This document shows positions 26,950-35,723 of a stretch of 64,000 bases of DNA, piece by piece. The notes beneath the pieces were generated by a model. The model was not told the DNA's origin. It worked only from the letters and a program-made list of their open reading frames with translations, and searched no databases. The stretch spans positions 6,207-70,206 of the forward strand of contig JAKMEE010000014.1 of the NCBI GenBank assembly GCA_022426155.1. Reading direction: 5' to 3'. A program made the position numbers and the translations under genes. This DNA is from Poseidonia sp. (GTDB lineage: Archaea > Thermoplasmatota > Poseidoniia > Poseidoniales > Poseidoniaceae). Within the stretch, counting starts at the first letter, position 1; each line of letters starts with the position of its first letter.

Positions 26950-27775
26950 GGTTGGCCTTCTGGTGAAGGCGCCTGACAATCAAAAATGTCGGCAAAGACC
27001 AACCTCCAACGGCCAAGCACCACGCCAAGACCGTGCCCCAAAGCATGCCATAGGTTGGAAGTGACCACATTGCGATGTTCGCATAGACGGCAACGCTGAC
27101 TCCACCCAGCATCATCGGTCCTGCAGCACCGCGTGGGACGGTTGGTCCTTGCGCGAGCCAAAGAGCGACCATGCTGGTCAGGAAAATGGCTGGGAATACG
27201 CTGGCCAGTCCGGCAAGTAATGGCTGGCCTTGTCCCGATAACCAGACCGCTGCCCCGATGGCGAGTGCCGCTGCAATACCGCGCCCAGCCAAGACCTGAA
27301 AGCTCACTTTTTGCGCTCCTTTGGGAGCGGATTGAGGTCTTCTGTTGAAGGCAATAGCAACCACGAAAACCAAGGCAAACCCCAACCACCCGATGGCAAA
27401 GACGCTCAAAGATGGTTGGAGCCAACTCCCAACAATCCACAGCATCGCCGCTCCGAGCAAAGCCCAAACGCCCAATGCCGCAATCGTCGTAAACAGCAAC
27501 GCGGATTGACGACCCGCGAGATAAGGAGGGAGCACCATCCACACGCCGAGGAAGAGAGCATTGAGCAACATCCCCAACGGGACAATGGACATGCTTGATT
27601 GGAGCGCTTCTTCTCCACCTACCACATGCATCCCGATGGCTGCGGGAACGATGGTGGAGGGGAGGGTGCCAAGCAACCCTCCGATCAACCCCCCCCACTT
27701 CTCGATGGCCATCGTCACGCCGATGGCTACCAATCCGGCAAATAGGGCCGAGAGAAGAATGGAGGATGAGAGCAT
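26939..27775 (-). CDS. Integral membrane protein with internal two-fold repeat, unknown function
   Basis: 278 aa with about 8 G/A/L-rich helices. The N and C halves are similar (GLLGTLPSTIVPAAIGM versus GLASVFPAIFLTSMVALW). Preferred over the overlapping Arg-rich 325-aa ORF. Confidence 0.6.
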   Translation of the reverse strand: MLSSSILLSALFAGLVAIGVTMAIEKWGGLIGGLLGTLPSTIVPAAIGMHVVGGEEALQSSMSIVPLGMLLNALFLGVWMVLPPYLAGRQSALLFTTIAALGVWALLGAAMLWIVGSWLQPSLSVFAIGWLGFALVFVVAIAFNRRPQSAPKGAQKVSFQVLAGRGIAAALAIGAAVWLSGQGQPLLAGLASVFPAIFLTSMVALWLAQGPTVPRGAAGPMMLGGVSVAVYANIAMWSLPTYGMLWGTVLAWCLAVGGWSLPTFLIVRRLHQKANLND

Positions 27776-27777
27776 GA

Positions 27778-28107
27778 TTACACCACGTTAGCAATCTTTT
27801 CTTCCATTCGCCGAAGGCTACCGCCAGTCCATTGTTCAACGGGAACTCCGTCCCTGAACAGAACATTGAACGGAATATGTTGGATGGACGATGTCCATGG
27901 ATGTTCTTCGCAAAAGTGCTGACCTACTGCATCGTCAAGGTTCAAACTGAAGGCCGAAAATATTGGTTCTGAAGGAGGGTTCCAATCCCTCAGCACCTCG
28001 TGCCATTGTGTACAATCCGAGCAAGAAGGACGACCGATGATGACCAATGTTGGGTGGGCTGTTGCCAAAGCCTCGTAGTGCTCCAGCGTCATTGCTTGCA
28101 CATTCAT
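27778..28107 (-). CDS. Thioredoxin-fold protein with a CxxC motif
   Basis: VIIGRPSCSDCTQWHEVL active-site-like context. 109 aa. Confidence 0.6.
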   Translation of the reverse strand: MNVQAMTLEHYEALATAHPTLVIIGRPSCSDCTQWHEVLRDWNPPSEPIFSAFSLNLDDAVGQHFCEEHPWTSSIQHIPFNVLFRDGVPVEQWTGGSLRRMEEKIANVV

Positions 28108-28145
28108 TCACTCACCTCGTTTGTTGGCCCATCGAAGATTCATTG

Positions 28146-28943
28146 TCATTCAAAGGGGTCGATGTGGATGATGTCCTCGACGTCGATGGTACGGCTGCCC
28201 CTGGCTTGGGCTTGTTGTGCGGCTTTGGTGAGCATGGAACGCATCCATCCAAGCGACATCATGCCGCGCATATTATTGATGGATTCAATAAAATGAACGG
28301 GATTACTTCCGAGCTGTGCGTGTTTTCGTATGTCGGATTCTAATTCTTCAAGCACCATAGTGTATGTGTCAATCAATTCTTCCAAAGCGTCTTTGGTGAC
28401 CGTCATTTTTGCAATGCTTCGAGCCATGGAAAGCAAGGATGAAGCAGTGACAACGCCACCGCTTTGGCTGGCGACGAAATCATTGGTGGCTGTTTCTTCG
28501 TCTCCTTCGAGTGCGACGGTTTTACCTTCATCTTCGAGTCCGAGCCCAGAGACTGCGTGGTCCAAATGCCGAGGTTTGATGGTGTTGACACGATCTCTTG
28601 AAGCGGCCTCTCCCGCATGACGCAATAATTTGGCCAAGTGTTTCTCGATATGCTCAATCCCTGCTTGAACTGCAGCTGAACCAACCGAATCGATAGCATC
28701 GATACGGTCGATCATCAATTCACGAGTTCGGTTGTAATTGAGGCGACTACGGTTGGGGTCGTCGAGGGTTTTTCGCTCGGGGTCTTGGGTCAACGTTTCC
28801 TCTTCCATGGTGGGGACCAAACGGTCCAATTCCTCACACAGAAGTTCAACCAGTCGCTCTTTGACTGCCCCAGAAAGTCGCATCTCGGTATAATGAGCGG
28901 CAACCGCTCCGATGTGGCTGGGGGAATAGGGCTTGGCGACCAT
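28146..28943 (-). CDS. Putative tandem histone-fold (doublet) protein with insertions
   Basis: There are two copies of histone-like signatures. Copy 1 is ...MRLSGAVKERLVELLCEELDRL... ending LLRHAGEAASRDRVNTIKPRHLDHAV. Copy 2 is ...MTVTKDALEELIDTYTMVLEELESDI... ending QARGSRTIDVEDIIHI. Compare HMf-type RVSDDA...LEE... and ARHAGRKTIKAEDIELAV. Confidence 0.4.
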   Translation of the reverse strand: MVAKPYSPSHIGAVAAHYTEMRLSGAVKERLVELLCEELDRLVPTMEEETLTQDPERKTLDDPNRSRLNYNRTRELMIDRIDAIDSVGSAAVQAGIEHIEKHLAKLLRHAGEAASRDRVNTIKPRHLDHAVSGLGLEDEGKTVALEGDEETATNDFVASQSGGVVTASSLLSMARSIAKMTVTKDALEELIDTYTMVLEELESDIRKHAQLGSNPVHFIESINNMRGMMSLGWMRSMLTKAAQQAQARGSRTIDVEDIIHIDPFE

Positions 28944-28995
28944 GCTCCGTGTCGGGCTCCGTCGATGCTTGAATGATGTGGTTCAAATCGTTGGC

Positions 28996-29259
28996 TCACT
29001 CGACCAGACCATCGTCTCGCCCCATCACTTGACTGAACTCCCATGCATGGAGACATTCATGACCGCCGAGAAAGCCCCCTGCTTCTCTTGAGGGGCCGAT
29101 GAATTCTGACCCGCACATCTGGCAAAATACATTCACAATGAGTTCATTGAAGTACGTGCCATTGGGAGTGATACGCTTCGGTATACGCTTTCCCACGTCA
29201 TCGTGGTCCCAATCTGAGGTCTTCGTGCAAACGTCGTCTTCCACTTGATCTTGTGCCAT
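28996..29259 (-). CDS. Small protein with CxxC and HExxH motifs (putative mini zinc-binding/metalloprotease-like)
   Basis: MAQDQVEDDV...NVFCQMCGSEF...GGHECLHAWEF. The start is at Met8 of the track ORF, 2 nt after the upstream M24 peptidase stop. Confidence 0.45.
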   Translation of the reverse strand: MAQDQVEDDVCTKTSDWDHDDVGKRIPKRITPNGTYFNELIVNVFCQMCGSEFIGPSREAGGFLGGHECLHAWEFSQVMGRDDGLVE

Positions 29260-29261
29260 TC

Positions 29262-30536
29262 TTACCACTCCGTTACCCAAGGCATAGCACCGTCTGCGGT
29301 AATTGGGCGTAGGCCTTCCTCATCGCGCACCCAGGTGTCTTCACTGCCGATACTACCTTCCGCATGGACCACCTTGGGTTCAATGGCCATGGTTCCTCCA
29401 ATAGGGAGCGGACGGTCAAAGCCCGCTGCCACCACCGGCGTTTCATCAAGTTGCAGTCCAATGGAATGCCCCAAAAATCGGCTCTGATCGGGGGTGGCCC
29501 CCATGAGATGGTTACCGTGCCCGAGGGCTTCGGCGAGTTCAAGGCCTTCTTGCCATGCCTCTGAACAGGTTCGTCCTTGGTCTAACACGTCCACAACGGT
29601 ATCTTTCACCGCCAACATATCATCGAGTCTACGAGACCAAACCTCATCCAAACGACCTGCAACAAACATGCGAGTTGCGTCGACCATGTAGCCGCGATGT
29701 GCATGAACCAAATCAACCAAGACAGGTTCATTCGGTTTGACCTTCGTAAACCCTGACCCCATGCCAGAAAGTGGATGCGCTCCCGTGCCCCCTACGGCTG
29801 AATCAAAGAAAGAAGGGATGCCTCCTGCACGGCCCGCAACAATGACCCCTCGGTCGCATTCAAGTGGAAACCGGCGCATTTGTACCGTTCCACCGAAACC
29901 TTCGCTTCGGCTCACCGCTTCTGCTGCTGCAACCATGTCCAGTTCCGTCACGCCATCACCGCCCACGGTTTGAACCGCCTCAAACATGCGAAACTGAACC
30001 GATGCTGCGACATCCATCTGCTCGATTTCCCAAGAGGATTTGACCTCTCGGAGCCGATGAATGATGCCAGTCACATCAGGGCAGTCGCCAAATGATGAAA
30101 GGGCAGAAACAAAACGTTGAGCGAACGTGCTCGGAATTTCACCAAATTGTAATCCTGGTGCTTGAGTCACCCCCATGTCATTCAAAGTTGTAGCAAATTG
30201 AGATAGTCGGCCAAAGGAGCGAACAATGTGAGGGGCGTCACTTCCACCAGCTTCGTGAACGGCACGACTCAACGAACGACGCACGAAGGATACGGGCCCG
30301 TTACCTCCTGATTCAACACTACCACCTGCGTCGGTGGCTGGAATGAAGCATGACCCATCTTGACGGCCCCCTGTGAAGTAATACAAATCCACAGGATGTT
30401 GAATCAATGCCCCCGGGAGGTTGGCATCTCGCAAAGCCTCAGCCAGCGCTGATTGACGGGCAGCTAATTCAGAGACAGGAACGCGCCAATCTTCGCCATC
30501 GGGGCCGACCAAATCCTCCGTCGACCATCTTGACAT
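29262..30536 (-). CDS. M24-family metallopeptidase (Xaa-Pro aminopeptidase/creatinase-like)
   Basis: Pita-bread fold motifs: VDLVHAHRGYMVDATR, GHSIGLQLDETP, GGTMAIEPKV, SEDTWV. The start is set at MSRWSTEDL (cat 30534-30536). Confidence 0.8.
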   Translation of the reverse strand: MSRWSTEDLVGPDGEDWRVPVSELAARQSALAEALRDANLPGALIQHPVDLYYFTGGRQDGSCFIPATDAGGSVESGGNGPVSFVRRSLSRAVHEAGGSDAPHIVRSFGRLSQFATTLNDMGVTQAPGLQFGEIPSTFAQRFVSALSSFGDCPDVTGIIHRLREVKSSWEIEQMDVAASVQFRMFEAVQTVGGDGVTELDMVAAAEAVSRSEGFGGTVQMRRFPLECDRGVIVAGRAGGIPSFFDSAVGGTGAHPLSGMGSGFTKVKPNEPVLVDLVHAHRGYMVDATRMFVAGRLDEVWSRRLDDMLAVKDTVVDVLDQGRTCSEAWQEGLELAEALGHGNHLMGATPDQSRFLGHSIGLQLDETPVVAAGFDRPLPIGGTMAIEPKVVHAEGSIGSEDTWVRDEEGLRPITADGAMPWVTEW

Positions 30537-30633
30537 AGTGCACGATGAATGGCGACCGTTCAAAACCCAATCGGCCCGAACGGGTGGAGTTTGTGACGCT
30601 AACCTTGATACATTGCAGGATGGAGGGTTATGT

Positions 30634-31383
30634 ATGCAGCGAAGTACCATGGCCGTCATCATTTCCGTTGCCTTCATCGTCATCTCAATGATTGTCATGA
30701 TCCTTGGCGCGGTGATCTCCGAAAGCGAAGGGAAAGAACTTGCTTTCGGTACTCAAGTACAAAGCATGTATGTAGAGGAAACGGAAAAAGGGACCATTCT
30801 TTTGGTCTTCCATGACCCCTTCAATGTGGATTGTGAAGACATACAAATGGACGTATTCCATGAAGATGGAACCGCAGTAAACCTGACTAAAACTGACTGT
30901 GTAAAGTGGAATTTTTCCGATATATATCTCTTCAAATCAGAACGAGTGGATGGTGGCAACTACTCTTATTCAGCCAATGTAGCCGTTAAGGTCTATGGGG
31001 CTGAGGGCAGTGTTGATGAGTTCATGGATGCGTATGCGACGGGGAATTCAATCATGGGGACAGGATGTTGCACATGTTGCGTGGGCCTCTTGGCTGGAAT
31101 CTTCGGTCTTGGCATGGTGGCGAATAATTCACGGGGCGGAAACCAACAAGTGGTCGTGGTCAGCGGTCAACAGCCAGGTCAACCTGGTGTGCTACGTGCA
31201 ATTCCTATAGAGACCGGCTCCATTCAAACCATTGTTCCACCTGAAAATCGGTCAGCGCAAACCACTGTGGTTCAACCGGTGTTTGGCCAGCCTGAGCCTG
31301 AAGAAGTGCGCGAACCGGTCGACATTGATGGGGATGAAGTGGGCGCTGATGGCGCATTCTGGGGCAACCTCAACAAGGATTAG
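30634..31383 (+). CDS. Membrane protein: N-terminal TM, ectodomain, Cys-rich second TM, Q/P-rich tail
   Basis: MQRSTMAVIISVAFIVISMIVMILGAV..., then GTGCCTCCVGLLAGIFGLGMV, then QQVVVVSGQQPGQPG. The start is at Met33 of the track ORF. Confidence 0.5.
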   Translation: MQRSTMAVIISVAFIVISMIVMILGAVISESEGKELAFGTQVQSMYVEETEKGTILLVFHDPFNVDCEDIQMDVFHEDGTAVNLTKTDCVKWNFSDIYLFKSERVDGGNYSYSANVAVKVYGAEGSVDEFMDAYATGNSIMGTGCCTCCVGLLAGIFGLGMVANNSRGGNQQVVVVSGQQPGQPGVLRAIPIETGSIQTIVPPENRSAQTTVVQPVFGQPEPEEVREPVDIDGDEVGADGAFWGNLNKD

Positions 31384-32420
31384 TTCACAACTTCTTCCAA
31401 TATTGGCGATTCGGTTGTAGACAATCGTTCTTCAGCTACTGTACAGTATTCTGCCGAGAGGTCCACGCCGATGTAATGGCGTCCGTATTGCTTAGCAGCG
31501 ACGCAGGTGGTTCCTGACCCGTTAAATGGATCCAAAACAATATCTCCTGCAAAACTGTACAATTCGATGCATCGCTTGGGCAATTCAACCGGGAACGGAG
31601 CGGGATGATTCACCCTTGAAGCCCGCTCGGTTGCAAAGGACCAGATCGATTTTGTGTGTTGGATGAAATCGTCTCGTGGAACGGTGTCCAAGCGTCCATC
31701 TTCCCGCTCAGCTTTGGTTCGTGGCAATTTGTAATTCCCCTTGGAAAACACGAGGAGGTATTCGTGAATGTCACGCAAACAGGGATTGGAAGCCGATTGG
31801 AAAGACCCCCACGCACATGAGGACCCAGCACTAGCTGATTTATCCCAGATGATTTCTCCTCGCATCAAGAAGCCGATTTCATGCATCATGAGATTGATGT
31901 GGGATGAGAGAGGGATGTAGGGTTTTCTTCCGAGATTTGCCACATTTACTACCATGCGACCTCCTGGCGTAAGGACCCGATAACATTCTGCAAACACCTC
32001 GTGAAGTAGGGTAAGATATTCTGCTAGGGAGAGATTTTCATCGTATTCTTTCGATGCATTATAGGGTGGAGATGTCACGACGAGATGGACGCAATTATCG
32101 GGTAAAGGAAGTGCTCTGGCATCCCCATTAATCACCGAATTAAGCATCTCTTCAGGACAGTTCTGAGCGTCTCCGACCTCACGTGAGGCAACCAAACCAT
32201 CGTTGAGTCGGCTGTTGTAATACACCGAAGCATCGTGGCCTTCTCGTTTTGAGACACCAAAGGAAGAGGTCATGGTGCCAGCACGACGACGAGCACCTGC
32301 TAATCCCGAAGGAGAAGGATCGGGTGCATCGGCCATATCGGCGAGTGGTTTTGGTGGCCTTATCAGTTTTCGCGCCCCACAGGGGCAAGGGACGCGCGTC
32401 TTGCGACCTTTGTCGTTCAA
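31380..32420 (-). CDS. Beta-class DNA methyltransferase (SPPY motif IV, probably N4-cytosine or N6-adenine)
   Basis: Motif IV (VVTSPPYNASKEYDE) precedes motif I (DIVLDPFNGSGTTCVAAKQYGRHYIGVD), which is the beta-class order. No adjacent endonuclease was recognised. Confidence 0.85.
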   Translation of the reverse strand: MNDKGRKTRVPCPCGARKLIRPPKPLADMADAPDPSPSGLAGARRRAGTMTSSFGVSKREGHDASVYYNSRLNDGLVASREVGDAQNCPEEMLNSVINGDARALPLPDNCVHLVVTSPPYNASKEYDENLSLAEYLTLLHEVFAECYRVLTPGGRMVVNVANLGRKPYIPLSSHINLMMHEIGFLMRGEIIWDKSASAGSSCAWGSFQSASNPCLRDIHEYLLVFSKGNYKLPRTKAEREDGRLDTVPRDDFIQHTKSIWSFATERASRVNHPAPFPVELPKRCIELYSFAGDIVLDPFNGSGTTCVAAKQYGRHYIGVDLSAEYCTVAEERLSTTESPILEEVVN

Positions 32421-32483
32421 CCGCCCTCAGACGCCGCTTCTCTAGGAGGAGAGATGAAAAACTGCAAGCCGCTGGACAGAACA

Positions 32484-33746
32484 ATGGCGAAGGTCCTTAC
32501 ATTGGACGATGTCAACACCGACGGAAAGACCGTGTTGCTTCGCGTCGACATCAACAGTCCGATGGACCCGTCCACGAAATCCTTCCTCGACGACACCCGT
32601 ATTCGGGCAATTCTTCCAACACTCCAACGCTTGGTGAAGGCAAAGGTCATCATTATGGCCCATCAATCTCGTCCAGGAAAAGGTGACTTCACGAGCACAC
32701 TTGGTCATTCTCGTGAACTCGGTCGCCTTCTGGGCCGGCCCGTGAAATGGGTCGATGACATCCACGGTGAAAAAGCCATGAGAGCCATCGAAGAAATGGA
32801 AGTCGGCCAGTTACTCATGCTCAACAACGTTCGAATGGACTCAGAAGAACAATCGGTCAAAGGAGACATAGCAAGGATGGCTGAAACACGGTTGGTCCAA
32901 CAATTAGCCAGCGTGGCCGACCTATTTGTCAACGACGCTTTCGCATGCGCTCATCGCAGCACACCATCCATTGTCGGATTCACCAACATGATTCCTTGCG
33001 TGGCAGGAGAACTCATGGGCAATGAAATCAAGAAATTAGATCACGCACTTGAAACGCCAATACGCCCGTGTCTCGCTGTTCTTGGCGGCGTCAAGGTGGA
33101 CGATTCCATCCAAGTTGCACACAACATGCTCAGCAAGGGAATCGCCGATGAAGTATGGCCAACTGGTGGCGTGGCGAATCTCCTTCTGGACCTGAGCGGA
33201 ATTGACATTGGCAATATCAATCGCCAATTTTTGATGAACGAAATAGGTGACAACTGGCAACTCACCGTGAAAGCCGGAAAAGAACTCGTCGACAAATATG
33301 GAGACCGCATCCATTTACCCATCGATGTCGCTGCCAACATTGAGGGGAACCGTGTTGATTTAATGCTCAAGGATTTGCCCATTGAAGCCCCCTTATTTGA
33401 CATGGGGATCGGGTCAATCCGCTATCTTTCAGCCGCAATCAAGCGTGCAGGAACGATCATTTTGAACGGCCCAGCAGGTGTATTTGAAATCTCAGATTTT
33501 GCCCTAGGAACCATCGAAATGCTCAACGCTTGTGCCGAGTCTACCGGATACGCAGTTATGGGCGGCGGCCACACAGCCACACTGGTTGCAAAACGAGGCT
33601 TGGCCTCGAAAATGGGTCACGTCTCTACTGGAGGAGGTGCCTGTTTGGATTACATCGCAGGACGTGACCTCCCCGGCGTGGTGAGTCTCGAGCAAAGTGC
33701 CCTTGCTTTCTCCATGGAAATTCAGCCTCAAATGGACCAAATTTGA
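32484..33746 (+). CDS. pgk: Phosphoglycerate kinase (archaeal type)
   Basis: LLRVDINSPMD, AHQSRPG, NDAFACAHRS, GGGHT, STGGGA. The start is set at MAKVLTLDD; the track ORF starts at 32454. Confidence 0.9.
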   Translation: MAKVLTLDDVNTDGKTVLLRVDINSPMDPSTKSFLDDTRIRAILPTLQRLVKAKVIIMAHQSRPGKGDFTSTLGHSRELGRLLGRPVKWVDDIHGEKAMRAIEEMEVGQLLMLNNVRMDSEEQSVKGDIARMAETRLVQQLASVADLFVNDAFACAHRSTPSIVGFTNMIPCVAGELMGNEIKKLDHALETPIRPCLAVLGGVKVDDSIQVAHNMLSKGIADEVWPTGGVANLLLDLSGIDIGNINRQFLMNEIGDNWQLTVKAGKELVDKYGDRIHLPIDVAANIEGNRVDLMLKDLPIEAPLFDMGIGSIRYLSAAIKRAGTIILNGPAGVFEISDFALGTIEMLNACAESTGYAVMGGGHTATLVAKRGLASKMGHVSTGGGACLDYIAGRDLPGVVSLEQSALAFSMEIQPQMDQI

Positions 33747-33747
33747 G

Positions 33748-33823
33748 TGGAGCCACTGGGGAGATTCGAACTCCCGACCTTCTGATTACGAATCAGATGC
33801 TCTACCAACTAAGCCACAGTGGC
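33748..33823 (-). tRNA. tRNA-Thr (anticodon CGU), CCA encoded
   Basis: Hand-folded from the reverse complement: GCCACTG-TG-GCTT-AGTTGGTA-GAGC-A-TCTGA-TTCGTAA-TCAGA-AGGTC-GGGAG-TTCGAAT-CTCCC-CAGTGGC-T-CCA. Confidence 0.9.
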
Positions 33824-33907
33824 GGCAAACCTTGCGCAGTCACAATCAAACATAAGCCCCACGGTAAGAACGCCAGCGTTCTTGAATCATGACCGCGACG
33901 GGGGCGC

Positions 33908-35167
33908 ATGGACGATGCGACCAGCGTGCGATACCGCAACACTGTGTTGTATGACCATGGTGGTGCTCAAACCGTCGGCGATGTCCTGCTTCATGCTGAT
34001 GGATCGTGGACCCCATCCAATGGAGACGAAGATGTCGCCCATGATATCGACGGTTCCAAACGCCTCATTACACGAAGCTTCCAGAACTGGCACACCCATC
34101 TGGCCATGCAATTGAATGCACGTGATTTCAGCGATGGGTTTCCTTTACACCGATGGTTGAACGAAGCCATCTTCCCCACCGAGGCACGCATTACTCCAGA
34201 TTACGTACGAATGGGAACCAGGAGCGCTGCGGCAGAAATGATCCGGACTGGGAGCAGTTTTGCAGCAGATATGTACTTCTTCCCAAACATTACTGGAGAG
34301 GTGCTTAGCAATGCAGGATTGCGGGGTCTTGTTGGTGGCCCAGTCAGCGATGCCGCCCTCCCAAGTCACCCTGATGCTGCTTCAGCCCTGGAAGAATTGG
34401 ACCAATTATTGGCGTCGAACAAAGAGGAAGATTTAGTCCAATACGCCATCGCCACCCATTCCGTCTACCTCTGCAGTGAAGATACACTGGTGCGAGCCGC
34501 CCAATTGGCCGATAAACGCCAAGCACGATTGCACATCCATGTCAGTGAAACTCGTAAGGAAGTTGCTGATTGTCAAGCGAAAACTGGCATGTACCCCGTG
34601 GAGTACCTTGACAGTTTGGATTTCTTCCAACCAGGAACAATCTGTGCACATGCTTCATGGGTCAAAAAGAATGAAATTCGTTTGCTAAAAAAACACCAGG
34701 CTACGGCCGTGCACTGTCCATCATCAAACATGAAATTAGCATGTGGAGGAACCCTCTCATTACCGGCCTATCGCGATGCAGGTGTTGATGTTCGTTTGGG
34801 AACCGATGGTGCAGCCTCATCCGGTAACGGCCTCAACATGCAAGCAGAAGCCAGACTTGCTTCTCTCGTGCAACGTCACGACCACTGGGATGCGACTCTT
34901 CTTCCCGCCGTTGAAGCCATGGACATGGCTACGAAAGGTAGCACTGATTGGGCGGTTTGGAATCTCGACGATGTCCGAATGCGCCCTCAAGGTCGTTCAA
35001 ATAACCGTCATCTCGCAAATTTGTTGTTCAACGGAGCGGATTGCCTCGACCTTTGGGTCAACGGGCGCGCCCTACGAAGAGACGGAGAAACCCTGGTGCT
35101 TGACGAGCATGCAATTTTAGATGAAATCGATGAAGCCGTTTCAAGTTATTACGAAGGCGTGGAATGA
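33908..35167 (+). CDS. mtaD: Amidohydrolase-superfamily deaminase (MTA/SAH deaminase-like)
   Basis: Metal ligand motifs NWHTHLAM (HxH), HIHVSET, CAHASW and LGTDGAAS. Confidence 0.7.
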   Translation: MDDATSVRYRNTVLYDHGGAQTVGDVLLHADGSWTPSNGDEDVAHDIDGSKRLITRSFQNWHTHLAMQLNARDFSDGFPLHRWLNEAIFPTEARITPDYVRMGTRSAAAEMIRTGSSFAADMYFFPNITGEVLSNAGLRGLVGGPVSDAALPSHPDAASALEELDQLLASNKEEDLVQYAIATHSVYLCSEDTLVRAAQLADKRQARLHIHVSETRKEVADCQAKTGMYPVEYLDSLDFFQPGTICAHASWVKKNEIRLLKKHQATAVHCPSSNMKLACGGTLSLPAYRDAGVDVRLGTDGAASSGNGLNMQAEARLASLVQRHDHWDATLLPAVEAMDMATKGSTDWAVWNLDDVRMRPQGRSNNRHLANLLFNGADCLDLWVNGRALRRDGETLVLDEHAILDEIDEAVSSYYEGVE

Positions 35168-35168
35168 A

Positions 35169-35720
35169 TCAATCCACGCGGGAATAGGCAAGCCCGCCCA
35201 CTGTGATCAGAGAAAGCAAGAAGTAGACGATGAACGAAGCATGCAGATGAACTGCATAGTTCACATTCAAATCCGTTCCTTCTGGAAACTCGGCAAACGC
35301 TGAGCCCATGCCAACATGATAGATGCCACTGTCAACACGCCACTCAATGCCATCCTGGCCTTCTCCTGCTGAACCGATCACGATGATATCGGCGTCACGG
35401 GAAGAGCATGAACTGCCTCGCTCTAAATCGGAAAGCCCTGGTGGCGTGGCCTCACAGCGTTTCTTTTCGTCCTCTTCGACGATGACGACATAGATATCAT
35501 CTCGATCCCACGTCAATGTCAAATCAGCCACAAAAAATGGGGCGAGAACCTGCTCAGGGAGAGGTTCATCAGAAAAATAGGTCCGATCGGGCGTGTTGGG
35601 AGTTGGAATATCAGAGACTTCGCCATCCAGAACGATGCCGCTCCACCCTACGTACATCAAGAATAACGATATCAACACCGTTGAGTAACCTATTTTTTCT
35701 CGTCGATTCAACCAGTTCAC
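35169..35720 (-). CDS. N-terminally anchored extracytoplasmic protein, unknown function
   Basis: TM helix IGYSTVLISLFLMYVGW followed by a beta-rich acidic domain, and a C-terminal hydrophobic helix FIVYFLLSLITVGGLAY. Confidence 0.5.
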   Translation of the reverse strand: MNWLNRREKIGYSTVLISLFLMYVGWSGIVLDGEVSDIPTPNTPDRTYFSDEPLPEQVLAPFFVADLTLTWDRDDIYVVIVEEDEKKRCEATPPGLSDLERGSSCSSRDADIIVIGSAGEGQDGIEWRVDSGIYHVGMGSAFAEFPEGTDLNVNYAVHLHASFIVYFLLSLITVGGLAYSRVD

Positions 35721-35723
35721 CTC

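Noticed and set aside
26889-27866. A 325-aa Arg/Cys/His-rich ORF.
   Set aside because: It is an alternative frame of the 26939-27775 membrane-protein gene. The Arg/Trp/Cys-rich translation is typical of an out-of-frame read of a GC-rich hydrophobic gene.
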